DNA of 64,000 nt from Pelagomonas calceolata (taxonomy: Eukaryota). The stretch is taken from contig CAKKNE010000004.1 of NCBI GenBank assembly GCA_918797485.1, forward strand, positions 4,464,001 to 4,528,000. Direction: 5' to 3'. The translations under genes were made by a program, and so were the position numbers. The notes below the pieces were generated by a model. That model was not told the DNA's origin and did not search any database. It was given only the letters and a program-made list of their open reading frames with translations. Below, piece after piece: positions 23,117 through 34,790 of the stretch (within the stretch, counting starts at the first letter, position 1; every line of letters starts with the position of its first letter).

Positions 23117-24607
23117 ATGTCCGCGCTCGACGCCAGCACCCCCGACGCCACCGCCGAAAAGACACCCATCGTCGTCACGGGAGTGGCGGGCTTCATCGGC
23201 TCGCACTGCGCCGAGCGCTTACTCGAGAGAGGAGAAACGGTCATCGGCATCGATGAAGTTAATGATTACTACGACGTCAAGGTCAAGGAGCAGAATGTCG
23301 CTCTCCTACGGAAGAAAGGCTCTAGCAAGTTCGCCTTCTACCGCGGCGACATCTGCGACAAAAAACTATTGGAAACGATCTGGGCGACGCACGGCAAGCC
23401 CCGGAGGGTCGTCCACATGGCCGCGCGGGCGGGCGTGCGGCCTTCGATCGATGATCCCTTCGTGTATGTCCATTCGAATGTCGAAGGGACGACTAGGTTA
23501 CTGGAAATCGCGGCCAAATACGGGAGTGACTCCTTCGTGTTTGCTTCATCCAGCAGTGTCTATGGTGGCTCGACAGCAACGACCTTCTCGGAGGCTGATG
23601 CTGTTGATCATCCCGTCTCCCCGTACGCGGCGACGAAGAAGGCTTGTGAGTTACTCGCCTATACGTACCACCACTTGTACAACTTGCACATTGCGGCTTT
23701 GCGGTTCTTCACGGTGTTCGGGCCGCGCGGCCGGCCGGACATGGCCCCTCTGAAATTTGTCGATAAAATCTCGAGAGGCGTACCCATCCAGCAGTTCGGC
23801 GACGGTACCTCTTCGAGGGACTATACCTATGTCGACGACGTGGTGCAGGGCATCATCCTAGCCCTAGATACTCCTGCTGGTTATCAGGTCTACAACCTCG
23901 GGAACGGCTCTCCCACGAAGCTCACGGATTTTATATCGTTAGTAGAAAAGGAAACAGGAAAGAAGGCTTCGATCGAGTTACTCCCGGAGCAGCCCGGCGA
24001 CGTCCCCAGGACCTGCGCGGACATCTCGAAAGCCAGAAAGATGCTGGGGTATGACCCGAAGACGCCGTTCGCCGACGGGATCCGGAAGCTCGTGGAATGG
24101 TACCGAGAAGCGCATCCGCACGTCGGCGAGACGCCGGAGTGCATCGCGCGGGCGGCGATGGAGCGACGGTTGATGGCGGCGGCGCGTCGCAAAGATAGAG
24201 AACAGATGCTCGATCCGGAATTGCTTACGCTGTTCCGGGCTGCCCGTCAAAGCAGAGGGAACGGGCGCGATCGAGCCCATACGGTCGGTCGGTCGAATCC
24301 TTCTACCTTGCGGCCGAGGATCACGTCCAGATCTTTTGATGACCTTTGTTTGCTGGAGCGGTCGGCTTCGGAACGGCCGCCTTCACCCGTAGGCGAAGCG
24401 CGAGCCGGCAAATTGCAGAGGGATGTGTTACAGGGCTTTGTGGAAACGGTTCGAGAAAAGCCGACGCACCCCTCGATCCCTACGCTAGCCATGGTCCGCG
24501 CGTCTCGAAGTTCGGCCCTCTCGCTGCGGTCGCCGAAGATGGCCGACGTCTTCGCGCCGACGCCGCCCACGAACCCGACGTCGTTCAAGCACGGTCCGGC
24601 GCCGTGA
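23117..24607 (+). CDS. UDP-glucuronate 4-epimerase-like NAD-dependent epimerase with C-terminal extension
   Basis: VTGVAGFIG, HMAARAGVR, YAATKK, LRFFTVFGPRGRPDMA, RDYTY, QPGDV. Confidence 0.9.
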   Translation: MSALDASTPDATAEKTPIVVTGVAGFIGSHCAERLLERGETVIGIDEVNDYYDVKVKEQNVALLRKKGSSKFAFYRGDICDKKLLETIWATHGKPRRVVHMAARAGVRPSIDDPFVYVHSNVEGTTRLLEIAAKYGSDSFVFASSSSVYGGSTATTFSEADAVDHPVSPYAATKKACELLAYTYHHLYNLHIAALRFFTVFGPRGRPDMAPLKFVDKISRGVPIQQFGDGTSSRDYTYVDDVVQGIILALDTPAGYQVYNLGNGSPTKLTDFISLVEKETGKKASIELLPEQPGDVPRTCADISKARKMLGYDPKTPFADGIRKLVEWYREAHPHVGETPECIARAAMERRLMAAARRKDREQMLDPELLTLFRAARQSRGNGRDRAHTVGRSNPSTLRPRITSRSFDDLCLLERSASERPPSPVGEARAGKLQRDVLQGFVETVREKPTHPSIPTLAMVRASRSSALSLRSPKMADVFAPTPPTNPTSFKHGPAP

Positions 24608-25163
24608 TCCCATCCCCGCGCGCGAGCGCGCCCCCACCGAGTATAGATGTGGTTCTTGTTATTTCACGAGGAGGGCGCGGCGATGGCGTGCGGAGGGATG
24701 CTCGTGGTCCGCCGTCCCGCGCGTTTTTGCTTTGAGCAGCATTCTGGCTGAAAATCGTGCTACGTGGCCTTGTAAACATCCCGAGACAGATGGTCGGCGC
24801 GGGTCCGCGCGGGCCCGCGGCGGCCGCCGCTGGGGCGCATCCACCGTGGCCGCTGTCAGAGTGCTTTGCCTCGCGCCGTCGCCGCAATCCTGCGCCTAAG
24901 TGGTGCTCGGAGTAGCTCAGTACGATCGTCTTACGCCAGCGATAGGTCGAAATCCAGCTATACGCTGCTATACGCTTCGCAGAGCTGGGTTTTGCTGTTC
25001 AAGCAAATCCAGCCTCCAGTACGTCGGCGAGCCCTAGGTCTGCGGTGACGCTGCCACCGATTCGCTGTCGCAGCACCCCTGGCCAGCGACCCGCCTGACT
25101 TGTGCTGCAAACGAGCTCAATTACCACTCGTACGGCCGAAGATATTCTCGCGCCCTCGTCACC

Positions 25164-25988
25164 ATGTCGGCCTCGGTCATCAAGGGTTATGCGAGAGCGT
25201 CCAGTATGGACGAGCTCGACGTTGTGGGCAGTATCATGACCATCGGTCCCAGTGTCATCATGGGCTTGACTTGTCTCTACCTACGGCAGGCCATCACCGC
25301 CAACCTATGTTTCCACGCGTTCATGTTATTCGCCATACTCACAAGTGGATGGTCCTTATCAGGGCCAAAAAACAGAATACTACACCGGGAAGGGTCCTTC
25401 GCGGAGCTCCCAATGCCGCAGGAAAAGCATCGAGCTCGTAGATACGGTTTTGCCATGTTTTCCGTTGGTGTGTCACTGTACTTCGTCTGCCGCTTCCTGA
25501 GCGCGCCGGGCGAGTACCTTGGGGTGAACCGCTTGGAGCTGCGGCAGACGCTGGATGAATTCGGCGTCGACCGACTAGATCGGATGCTCGTCTTCTCCCT
25601 CTACTTTAGCTTCCTGAACCCGTGGCTGGAAGAGGTGTTCTGGCGGCAAGTGGTCCGGTGGCGCTTACGGCTAGCTGCTGCTTCTGTGTGTGGGAAGGAC
25701 TGTCCCCAATCCCGAGTCAAGTCGGCGTGTCGCCACGCGGATGTTTTTTCGGCTGTAGCCTACTCGGCGTACCACTCAGTTATTATCAGTCAATTGATGC
25801 CGGCGTGGTTCAACCTGGGAGTGGCCTTCCCCTTCTTGGCCGGGCTGGCGCATGTCCTCAACAGGGTCGCCGATAGCCCGCGACTGGGCGTCGATGCTTG
25901 TGTGGCTCTACATGCCGGCTTGGACGCGTCGGCGGCGTTCTGGATCCTGGACCTGCGGTTCGGGTTTCTGGACGGGGCGTTTCCCTGA
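25164..25988 (+). CDS. CPBP (CAAX protease / Abi) intramembrane metalloprotease
   Basis: EEVFWR, YSAYH, HAGLD motifs; multiple TM helices. Confidence 0.8.
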   Translation: MSASVIKGYARASSMDELDVVGSIMTIGPSVIMGLTCLYLRQAITANLCFHAFMLFAILTSGWSLSGPKNRILHREGSFAELPMPQEKHRARRYGFAMFSVGVSLYFVCRFLSAPGEYLGVNRLELRQTLDEFGVDRLDRMLVFSLYFSFLNPWLEEVFWRQVVRWRLRLAAASVCGKDCPQSRVKSACRHADVFSAVAYSAYHSVIISQLMPAWFNLGVAFPFLAGLAHVLNRVADSPRLGVDACVALHAGLDASAAFWILDLRFGFLDGAFP

Positions 25989-26060
25989 TTATTTGTTTGT
26001 TGCCGAGTCCGCCGCCTCTAGAAGTGCGTAAGAAGAGAGACTCAATTTTCTTATAAACAC

Positions 26061-26756
26061 CTATCCATCGCGACTCGGATACAACTCGTAGAACTCCTGT
26101 TGCAGTTCTGCCCAGTCGGATTCGCCTCGCGACTGGCGCTCCTGGGCTTTTCCGTGCCATGTTTGCAGGCACTCGCCCTTGTGCGCGCGCCAGTGCTCGC
26201 GCTGGCACGTCTCATCGCAGTACCGCGCATCTTCGCACCCAGAGCAAACCCAAAGCCGCGGTTCCGAAAGATCATATTGCTTTCCGCAGCCCCAACAAAG
26301 GCGCCGCCGGAGGCGCGGCCAGTACTTTCGGACGCGGGGCCATCGCTTGACGAGCTTAATGAGCTCTTCATTCCCAATGCCGTCTCCGGCAGCGCTTTTC
26401 GTCAAATACTCGCCCATGGTTTTCTTGTCGTCTTCGTCTATTGTAACTTGTCTCGTTAAAGCCGCGAGTGCCTGGATGCATCGCGCGTCTTCGTAGATTT
26501 TCACTTCTTCATTGTCGTCCCTTGGCGGTACGGCCGCGATGGCGGCCCGGAACTCCGCCTCGGCGGCCGCGATGACGGCTCGTCGGCGTCGTCGCTCGTG
26601 CGTCGCCGCACAAATCCAGGGCCTCGCCTCGCCCTCTTCTTCCTTAAAGGCGTAGCCCTTGAGAAAATCAAGCGCGTCGCGCTTGGCGGCGTCGGCCTCT
26701 CTGGTGTCTATATGCGCCCACTTGTCCGTCCGCTTTCGCCTAGACTTCTTCCCCAT
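26061..26756 (-). CDS. MYND zinc-finger protein
   Basis: CWGC..CSGC..YCDETCQREHWRAHKGEC. Confidence 0.85.
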   Translation of the reverse strand: MGKKSRRKRTDKWAHIDTREADAAKRDALDFLKGYAFKEEEGEARPWICAATHERRRRRAVIAAAEAEFRAAIAAVPPRDDNEEVKIYEDARCIQALAALTRQVTIDEDDKKTMGEYLTKSAAGDGIGNEELIKLVKRWPRVRKYWPRLRRRLCWGCGKQYDLSEPRLWVCSGCEDARYCDETCQREHWRAHKGECLQTWHGKAQERQSRGESDWAELQQEFYELYPSRDG

Positions 26757-26847
26757 GGTCGCCACAAGAAGCTAGTGAATTGCGGGCTAAACAGAGGGCT
26801 TGAGCGGGACCTACAGGACTTTTTTTAGACTGGAACCTTGCTTGAGG

Positions 26848-26869
26848 CTAGCGGACTGTAACACACTAG
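26848..26869 (-). promoter_or_regulatory. CTAG-N14-CTAG upstream box
   Basis: Reverse complement CTAGTGTGTTACAGTCCGCTAG, ~90 bp before ATG 26756. Confidence 0.6.
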
Positions 26870-27091
26870 GCGTCCCTAGGAAGCAGCAATCGAGGCACAG
26901 CTTTTGAGCCGTGCATCGCACCAGCTGTGGCACGTATACATTGGGCAAAGCACCAGCGCATCGCTGCACGCAGCATAATCACCGCTGGCCAACGCGCCAG
27001 CGAGTGCCCACGTGAAACAAAGCTACAAAGCTACCTAGGTAGGCAGCTGCAGCCCCTAAACAGTGCTGCGCGACGCCCGGAAACAAAAGAA

Positions 27092-27574
27092 ATGGCCGAC
27101 GACGACGCTTTAAATGATGACCCCGAGTCCGGCGCTGATGCGAACCCCTGCGCCACGTCAAATTTACAAGCGTTCCTCGAGCGGTATGGAATGCTCGCGA
27201 TCATCGTTTACGGCTGCATCAGTCTTAGTGTTTTTTGCGCCATTTATGCGGCCTTGGTCTTCGGCGCCGACGCGGGCCCGGTCCTGCGCTATTTTGGCTT
27301 CTCGGAGGCGGCGTCCAAGGGCACGACCTTCGTGCTCGCCATCGCCCTCACAAAATTGTTAGTACCAATAAAACTCCCGATCGCGGCCTACATCGTCGTG
27401 CACATTTCGAGGGAGAGGGAGCGGCGGCGGCGGCGCGACGACGCGGAGCTGCGCGGCCTGCTCGACGATGACGACGAATTGACGCGCGAGCGGCTCTTCG
27501 AGGAGCTCGGGGAAGATGAGCTCGAGAAGGAAAAAGCTAGAGCGGCGGCGGCGGCGCCGGCGATCCACGTGTGA
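27092..27574 (+). CDS. DUF1279/FAM210-like small membrane protein
   Basis: RYG..AIIVY..IS..Y, TFVLAIALTKLLVPIKLP pattern. Confidence 0.7.
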   Translation: MADDDALNDDPESGADANPCATSNLQAFLERYGMLAIIVYGCISLSVFCAIYAALVFGADAGPVLRYFGFSEAASKGTTFVLAIALTKLLVPIKLPIAAYIVVHISRERERRRRRDDAELRGLLDDDDELTRERLFEELGEDELEKEKARAAAAAPAIHV

Positions 27575-27806
27575 CTGTGAGTTGTGTAACTGTGCGTAGA
27601 ATACTTTGTCGCGTCGATGGCGTGAAGGGCTGCGTCTTGGCGCAAGTGCTGCGTGTACTAGCCGCGTTGCTTTGCTTGGAGCTAGGCTGCCTGTGCCACA
27701 AGCCGACGCGGCCCATACGACGTCGCCCCGAGTGTTGCGTGTTCTGCGGTCGTCGACGGGGACTAGGACCAAAAGAAAAGTACGACGACATATATTTATA
27801 CAATGA

Positions 27807-30800
27807 CTAGAGGCTCCCCGCGGACTTGACCCGTCTCGCTTCCGGGACCGTCATCGACGCGCTGCCAAGCGCGTGGCCGAAGCTCCGCCTCCGCACCTCG
27901 TCCTGGTGCTCGTGTAATTTATCAATGGACACGGAGCGACTCAACCCAATGCGCTCCTCGATCTTCGACTCCAACCGCTGGATACGTAGTAAAGAAGCCT
28001 CAATATTCGAAACCACGACGGCCTCCAGGTCCTCGTCCTGCTCGTCGACCTCCGGCATGACGTTCGTGCCCAGGGACATGGACTCCGACCGCGACTCGCT
28101 ATCACTGTGCTCCGACGGCGCTCGTACCGTCGACTGCTTCTCGATATCGTCGTCCTTCTTCTCGTCTAGACCTCTTACTAGATCTCTGAAACTGTGCGAA
28201 CACGACGCCAAGGCACCTAGAACGAACACCGGGGCTGCCGAGAGAAGGGCGCCCATCTTGGCCTGACTCTCCCACTTTGCATCGTCTGGGAAGGCCTCGC
28301 CCGCAATGAATAACGACACCGTAAGACCGACAGAAGAAATGACACCAGCCAGCACCAAGTGTCGCAATTGCATGCCTTCCGGGCGGTCGAAGCCGAGGTA
28401 TGAAGCAATGAGACTTCCAGCGGTCATCCCCAACGTCTTGCCAATGAGTAAACCCAGCAGCACTACAAAACTAAACCCACCGGTCTCGCCGACATCAACC
28501 CCGGCATTCACCGCCCCGAACGCGAATAACACGAAAAAATCCACGAAGCCCTTCACGCTTTCCTCGAAGTCGTGCAGCGGACTCAGGTGCGAGTGCTCCT
28601 CGTCCTTGGTCTCGTGGTAGGCGAGGTTGCCCGGCGACAGGGCCGCCTGGGGCTTGGCGAAGGAGTTGACCTGCGCGGAGCATCGCGGTCGCTCGACGCG
28701 GTCCGATGTGGCATCGCGTCGACGGCGTCCTGATGACCACGTAGACTCTCGTGGGATCGCGACGATGGCGTGGAGGCGCCGCGGTCCCGTGGCGACGCCA
28801 TCGACGCGACCGCTGTCTCTCTGACACGCCGCGACGGCCCCGACGCGGTCCGAATTCACTCAAAATCACCACGGGACGCCGCGAGCGCGCCATCTTCATG
28901 ATCGCGTCCTCCTCCTCGTCGGGCTCGATCTCGATCGGCATGAACGGGACGACGAAAACTAAGGCCAATGAGGGGTGGACGCAGGACCACAGTAACCCGC
29001 ACCAGGCCAAGGGTCCCGCGAGTACCACGTAAGCCTCCCACCGCGAGCACTTGAACCGCCTCAGGACGTACGCGACGACCATCGCCGCCAGGACTAACCC
29101 GAGGTAGCCGTACTCGCAGCCGCCCCCCTCACTAGGATAGGCCACCGCGATGATGATGAGGCCGATGCCATCATCCACAACGGCACAAAGCAGCAAGTAG
29201 TTGATCGCCGCGTGGCCGACGCCGAAAACACAAACCGCGGCCACCCACGCTATTGAGATGTCCGTCGCCGTCGGGATGCCCCAGCCTTTCGAGAGTGGTT
29301 CAAAGTCTTCTGCTATCATTCCAGAAGATGTAAAGACCCACAGGATCACGAAGTAGGCTAGGATTGGACCTACTACACCACCGACCGTGCCACATAAAGG
29401 GTTCACCGCTCGCCGACCCGGTGGGTATAATGAACCACCCGGTTGAAACGCTTCAGCGATTTCCTTCACGGCCAACCCGAAGAACAACGTCATTAAGACA
29501 TCGTTTATTAAAAAATGCAGCGTGACGTCGTGGCCGTGCACCGACAGGCCAAACAAGGTAGGATGGGGCTCGCCCTCAAACAACCTACGACGATGCGACG
29601 CAGCACCGGCCCACCGCTCGTACTGGTTCGGCGACGTGTTCTTCGCCACTAATGCCACGCAGATGCCCAGGATGAGTGGTAACGCGTATTTCTGGACAAA
29701 CACGAGGATCGAGGCCAACGATACGCCGCGCGTGAACACGTCCTGCTGCCTTTGTAAAAACTTCTGTTTCTGGTCCGGGAAGGCCACCCTCAGGAAAACG
29801 CCGCCCCTCCTGCTCACGATCTCGCCGTGGTTCTCATCCAGTATTTCCCCCCTCGCGATGGCTTCGCGCTCCTTCTTCTCCTGCTCCTGGCGCCGTTTCT
29901 CGTTCTCCTCCTCCTCTTTCAATTTGGCCAATTGGTCGAAGATGCGCTTCGCCCGTCGGTCGACGGTTTTGCTAGAAGGTCGACTTGTCTGAGGTAACAC
30001 CCTTAAAGCTTTCAGGCGGTGGTCGATGGCATCCAACAGGTCCTTCGCTCGACTACAATTATAGGCCACCTGCACGACGGAGTCGTCCTGGAGCATCGCG
30101 GCGGCCGCGGCGCCCATCTCGACCTGTGTGGGAATCAAATTTACGGCGCGTTCGTACGCCATCGACGCGACGCCTGCTCGATGGCGTGGCGGTGCCGGTT
30201 CCTCACCGCTCGACAGAGCCAGGTGCACCCGACACACTGGTTGATTTCCACGCAGATGTCGACGTGCTGGTCGTGCTGCTTGCGCTTGTACTCCGACGTG
30301 ATGACGCCCTCTCTCCTCCCAAGGACGAGCACGATAAACCGAGCGTGCAATTGCTGGTGCCTGTTCTTCCTACGGGGTTTAAGGCCCGGCCGCGCCGGCG
30401 AATTGAGAGGCGAGTTGAGGGGAGACGAGTCGGCCTCCAATTCATCTATATCGACGTGCTCCTCCAGGCCCGTGTTCGTCGGCTGTCGCAACCGCACCAA
30501 CGCCACAACGTCTTGGGTCGTGAACGCGAAGTCGTCATCAATAAGAATGTGGACGGCCTCTTCCTCGGCGTCGGGCTTCAGCGTGTCCTCGGCTTGCACC
30601 AGGGCGGCCTTCAGTCGGTCGGACTTCTGCTTCTTCACCTTGTCGAGATCTCTAGAAGCCTGCGCGGCGAGCGACGCGTGAGTTGCCATCGAGCAGGCGC
30701 AGTCGCGGGGGTGATTTCCGCGCAGCTCACGACTGGAGGGCAGGAATCATGTTCTGAATCATCTAGTGACTTGAGGGACTTGTTCGACTTGCCCGCGCCG

Positions 30801-31549
30801 AAGAGGTTCGTCAAAGACCGGTTCCGAGAACGCGATCGTCTGAATGAAGATTGGGAAGCCACTTCGTCGTCTTCCCCCAACGTCTCGAGCGGCCCCCGCG
30901 GCAGTTTTTGCAACTCGCCCTCCTTCTCGGCCTCTCGTAGCTTCCGTTCCTTCTCCTTCAGGGCCTTCAATTCATCGTCATGTTCCACACATTTTCTTCT
31001 GTTGAGATGGTTCGTGAGGGTTCGTAGAGCCCCGTCCCGGTCCTGCTCGTGCAAGGCACCGTCCCGGATCAGATGCTCGACGATCTCCAGAGCTACCGGT
31101 TCCAATGCGCGTCGTGAATCATCATCTTGCGAACCAACATCTAGGATAACTAGATCCTCGTGCAAGCAGTCCCGGAACGCGAGCATGCCGAAAATCGAGA
31201 TCGAGGGCAAGTGGGCCTTCGTCCACTTGCGCTCCTTGCCCGTGATCAAATCTTCCTCTAGCCCGTAGTTGTACCGCTTCGTCTCGTGCCACTCGTCGCC
31301 CCTTAGTTCATGTAACTCCACAAATAAATGCTTTTTCTTGAACATTGTGAGGTTCAGTTCTTTTTCTTTGTCCTCCCGTATTTCTTCCGACTCCACGGAC
31401 GGTCCTAGTGTCAATGCCGGCAAGGGTGGCGGCGGCGGCCTCGAATCCATGATGTTGTCCGCCGGCGGCGGCGTGCTGCCGGGCGGCGGCGTCGGCGGCC
31501 GGACGTAGAGCGGCGGGCGGCCGTGGTGCGGGGCCTTGGTCTCCTCCAT
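27807..31549 (-). CDS. NhaA-type Na+/H+ antiporter with N-terminal Band-3/SLC4 cytoplasmic-like domain; introns ~30660-30733, 30124-30263, 28671-28890
   Basis: LFVELHEL..WHETKRY..GLEED..WTKAHLPSIS (SLC4 N-domain); FLINDVLMTLFF, GWGIPTATDIS, AVVDDGIG, GVISSVGLTVSLFIA (NhaA); all three introns keep the reading frame. Confidence 0.8.
28671..28890 (-). mobile_element. GC-AG intron rich in introner palindromes
   Basis: ATG|GCGCGC...CGCGCAG|GTC; contains GCGTCGATGGCGT and ACGCCATCG copies; no clear TSD. Confidence 0.65.
30124..30263 (-). mobile_element. Introner element / intron, inserted in the opposite orientation to the copy at 1941-2092
   Basis: On the gene strand GTCGACAT / GTCGAGAT is a 7/8 TSD; TIRs CTGCGTGGAAATCAA...TTGATTCCCACACAG; plus-strand sequence resembles 1941-2092. 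Confidence 0.88.
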
Positions 31550-32086
31550 GGCTCGCCCCTGGTATTCTCTGAGCTAAGGCAGCTGTGGGCTTGCTCTTTC
31601 TTCGGCTCGTCGCGGCACCGCTGCTGCGGAATGCTATGAGCTGTGTGCTATGGGCTGTGGTGGCTATTTCCTGTGGGGCGCGGCACTTGCTCGCTCGGCG
31701 GACCGCGGCACCGCTGCGTCGTATGCTGCGCCGTGTGCACGCGCTGCGTGACCGCTCGGGGCAGCGTCGGCGTGCGTCAATGGCTCTTTTGTGAGAGAGG
31801 GCAGGAATTTGGTTGACGGCAACCTCGGCAGCGGCCGCGGGCGCGTCGCCAGCGACTCCCCGCGGCCGCGGAGGCGTGTGACGTCGTGCTACGCGCGCGC
31901 GGGCAGGGATTCTAGTATCTCGCAGCTAGGTGAGCCCACTTTTTGACAGCACCCACAGCAAGCGCAGCGGCCATAGCTATGCAGCGCAGTCTCCAGATGG
32001 ATCACAAATAAGCAGCGCAAGCGTTGTGAAACGGAGCGATAAGTGATAACGCGCGCAAGCCAACTGAAACTTGTCAGTGGGTAAGC

Positions 32087-34774
32087 ATGACGCTCAGGAA
32101 GCGGCGGCGCGCGGCCACGTTGCTGGCCGCGCTCGCTGCCACGAGCAGCGCATTCGTCACCGCGCCGCGACGGCCGCAAAAACTGCCGCCGACGATGATC
32201 GGTGGCCGCGCCGCCGCGGCCGCGTCGGGCCTGCGGCGGCGCCTCGTGCCCTGGCGACGAAACACCGCGCCGCGAACCACCGCGCCGCGCGCCGCCGCCG
32301 CTAGTAACGAGCGGCCGCGGCGAAAACGCCGCAAAGCCGCCGCCGCGGCCCTCGCGGCCCTTTCCGCATTGTGGTGCTTTAGAGGAACGGCAGCAGCCGC
32401 GACGGTCGAAGGAGCAAAAACGTTAATCGAGAAGACGGCGTCGGACGTGGGGTTAGGTGAATCTTTGAAGGCTCTGGCTATCGCCGGGCCGCGACGCGAC
32501 GCCCTCGCATTACTACTCGCGACGGCGACAGTAGTGCCACTGGCCAAACTTGTCGGTTTATCACCGATCCTGGGCTTCCTGGCGACGGGCGTCTACCTGG
32601 GACCGTCGGGGCGGAACTTCATCTCGAGTATGCACCAGACGGAAATCCTCGGAGAGTTAGGAGTGGTCTTCTTCCTGTTCGAGATGGGTTTGGAATTGTC
32701 CGTAGCGAAGATCGGCGCCATGCGGACCGAGATTTTTGGATTAGGCTTGGCCCAGTTCCTGGCTACTACGGCGGTGCTCGCCAAGGGCGCGCAGGTTGTC
32801 GGTAATTGTGTAGCGTCGCCCTTCTCCACGCCGGCGTCCATCGCCGTCGGCGGTGCCCTAGCTTTATCTTCGTCGGCCTTCGTGCTGCAGCTCCTCAAAG
32901 ATAATGAAGATTCAGGGACTTCTCACGGCCGCGCGTCGCTCGGTGTCCTCCTACTCCAGGACTTGGCGGTCGTGCCTCTCCTCGTACTCGTACCGTTGTT
33001 GGCGTCGGGCGACGGTGGTCTCAAATTAGCAGGAGCATTAGCTGCATCATTAGGCAAAGCCGTCTTCGCGGTCGCCTCGGTCGAGGTCGTCGGAAAGCGC
33101 CTGTGCAACATGTTGTTTGATAGGGCCAAGCGCTCTAGATCGCAAGAAGCCTTCTTATCTGTCGTTTTGCTGAGTGTGCTCGGCATCTCAGCTTTTACGG
33201 AGGCTGTCGGACTCAGCGCGACTCTCGGAGCCTTCCTGGCCGGTGTCTCGCTCGCGGAGACGGCCTACGCCAATCAAGTCGAGGCGTCCGTGGCGCCGTT
33301 ACGAGGGCTGTTACTGGGATTGTTCTTCGTTACTGTAGGATTCAGCATAGACGTCTCATTGTTAGCGGCACAGCCTCTAAGGATGTTGGGACTAGCTGGA
33401 GGACTAGTAGCCTTGAAAGCCGTCACGCTAACAGCTCTAGGCAAACTCCTGAAACTGTCGACACCAACAGCTTTAAGGACAGGTGCTCTATGTGCCCAGA
33501 GCGGCGAATTCGCGTTTGTGGCCTTTGGCCTCGCAAAAAAACTTAATCTGATCAGTGCGGGCCAGAATCGGGTCCTGTTGACGACCGTGGCCATGTCCAT
33601 GGCCGCGACGCCCTTTGTGGCCCAGCTGGGAGATACGATCGCCAAGTCACAAGCCTCGCCGGTCGCAGATAACTCGACGGCAGACCTGGACCGGTTCCGG
33701 GATGCTGTTTTGAACGTACCTACTTCTGCGGATGACGAGTTCGCCCAGGATCTGGCGAGACGAGTGAAGATGAAGGACGTCGTCGTCGTGTTGGGGTATG
33801 GAGCTATAGGTAAGGTAGTTTGTGAGATGCTGGACGCTAAATTAACGAGGTACGTCGTCCTCGAGAAGGACGCGCAGAAGGCGGAGCAGGCGCGCTCGGC
33901 GGGTAGGCCCGTGTTCCAGGGTGATGCGACGGACGCGGACGTCCTTGATTCGTACATGGCGGGCGACGCTCGACTTGTGGTCGCTGCCATCGCCGATGCG
34001 AGGGCGTGTACGGCCGCCGTCGTCGCTCTGAAGCGGAAGAACGCGCGATTGCCCATCCTGGCGCGGGCGGCGGACGCGCAGCACCGACGACGACTGGCAA
34101 GGTTGCCGAACGTCCAAGCGGTCGTCCCGACCATACAAAGCGACTCGAAACTACTCTCGCTACCGTTCGGCGGCGCCGTTTTGAGGGGCCTAGGCTTCAG
34201 AGCGGATGACGTCGATATGCTCATCGAGGAGAACCGGCGGACGGCCCTCGGCTTCTTCGACGAGGGCGTGAGCACGCCGGCCAAGCCCAAGAAGGCTCCG
34301 GAGAAGGAGCCCGCGCCGGTGGAGGAGGCCGTGGCCGAGGAGGAACCCGAGGAGGAGGAGGAGCCCGTGCAGGACGAGCCGAAGAGCCTCATGGAGGAGG
34401 TCGGCGTCGAGGAGACGGTCGTGCGAGAGGAGCCCAAGAACGCTACTGTCGTCGCGGAGGATCCGGAGCCGGAGCCCGTCGTGGAGGCGCCGGTGGAGAA
34501 GAAGCCCGGTTCCCTCGAGGCGCAACGCGCGGCGCTGTCGACGATCGCGGAGCTGCAGCGCGAGGCGTTCTTCGCGGCCGACGCTCGGGCTGAAGAGCTG
34601 CTGGATGCGAACTCGACGGTCCTGAACGCGACGCGCGCGGTCATCGAAACCTCGGAGATCCTCGCGGGACTCGACGACGACCAGTGCACGGTCATGAGCA
34701 ATGGCGATAGTGCTGAGAACGCTACCGAGCTCGCCGAATTCATCGAGGAGGAGGTCGCGGCGACGGATAGGTGA
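32087..34774 (+). CDS. K+/H+ efflux antiporter (KEA/KefB-like, CPA2 plus TrkA-N), probably plastid-targeted
   Basis: Signal peptide ending SSAF; ELGVVFFLFEMGLELS, LLLQDL, LGAFLAG, QSGEFAFV, GYGAIG, GDAT; acidic tail. Confidence 0.9.
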   Translation: MTLRKRRRAATLLAALAATSSAFVTAPRRPQKLPPTMIGGRAAAAASGLRRRLVPWRRNTAPRTTAPRAAAASNERPRRKRRKAAAAALAALSALWCFRGTAAAATVEGAKTLIEKTASDVGLGESLKALAIAGPRRDALALLLATATVVPLAKLVGLSPILGFLATGVYLGPSGRNFISSMHQTEILGELGVVFFLFEMGLELSVAKIGAMRTEIFGLGLAQFLATTAVLAKGAQVVGNCVASPFSTPASIAVGGALALSSSAFVLQLLKDNEDSGTSHGRASLGVLLLQDLAVVPLLVLVPLLASGDGGLKLAGALAASLGKAVFAVASVEVVGKRLCNMLFDRAKRSRSQEAFLSVVLLSVLGISAFTEAVGLSATLGAFLAGVSLAETAYANQVEASVAPLRGLLLGLFFVTVGFSIDVSLLAAQPLRMLGLAGGLVALKAVTLTALGKLLKLSTPTALRTGALCAQSGEFAFVAFGLAKKLNLISAGQNRVLLTTVAMSMAATPFVAQLGDTIAKSQASPVADNSTADLDRFRDAVLNVPTSADDEFAQDLARRVKMKDVVVVLGYGAIGKVVCEMLDAKLTRYVVLEKDAQKAEQARSAGRPVFQGDATDADVLDSYMAGDARLVVAAIADARACTAAVVALKRKNARLPILARAADAQHRRRLARLPNVQAVVPTIQSDSKLLSLPFGGAVLRGLGFRADDVDMLIEENRRTALGFFDEGVSTPAKPKKAPEKEPAPVEEAVAEEEPEEEEEPVQDEPKSLMEEVGVEETVVREEPKNATVVAEDPEPEPVVEAPVEKKPGSLEAQRAALSTIAELQREAFFAADARAEELLDANSTVLNATRAVIETSEILAGLDDDQCTVMSNGDSAENATELAEFIEEEVAATDR

Positions 34775-34790
34775 TATTAAGTTTAAATAG

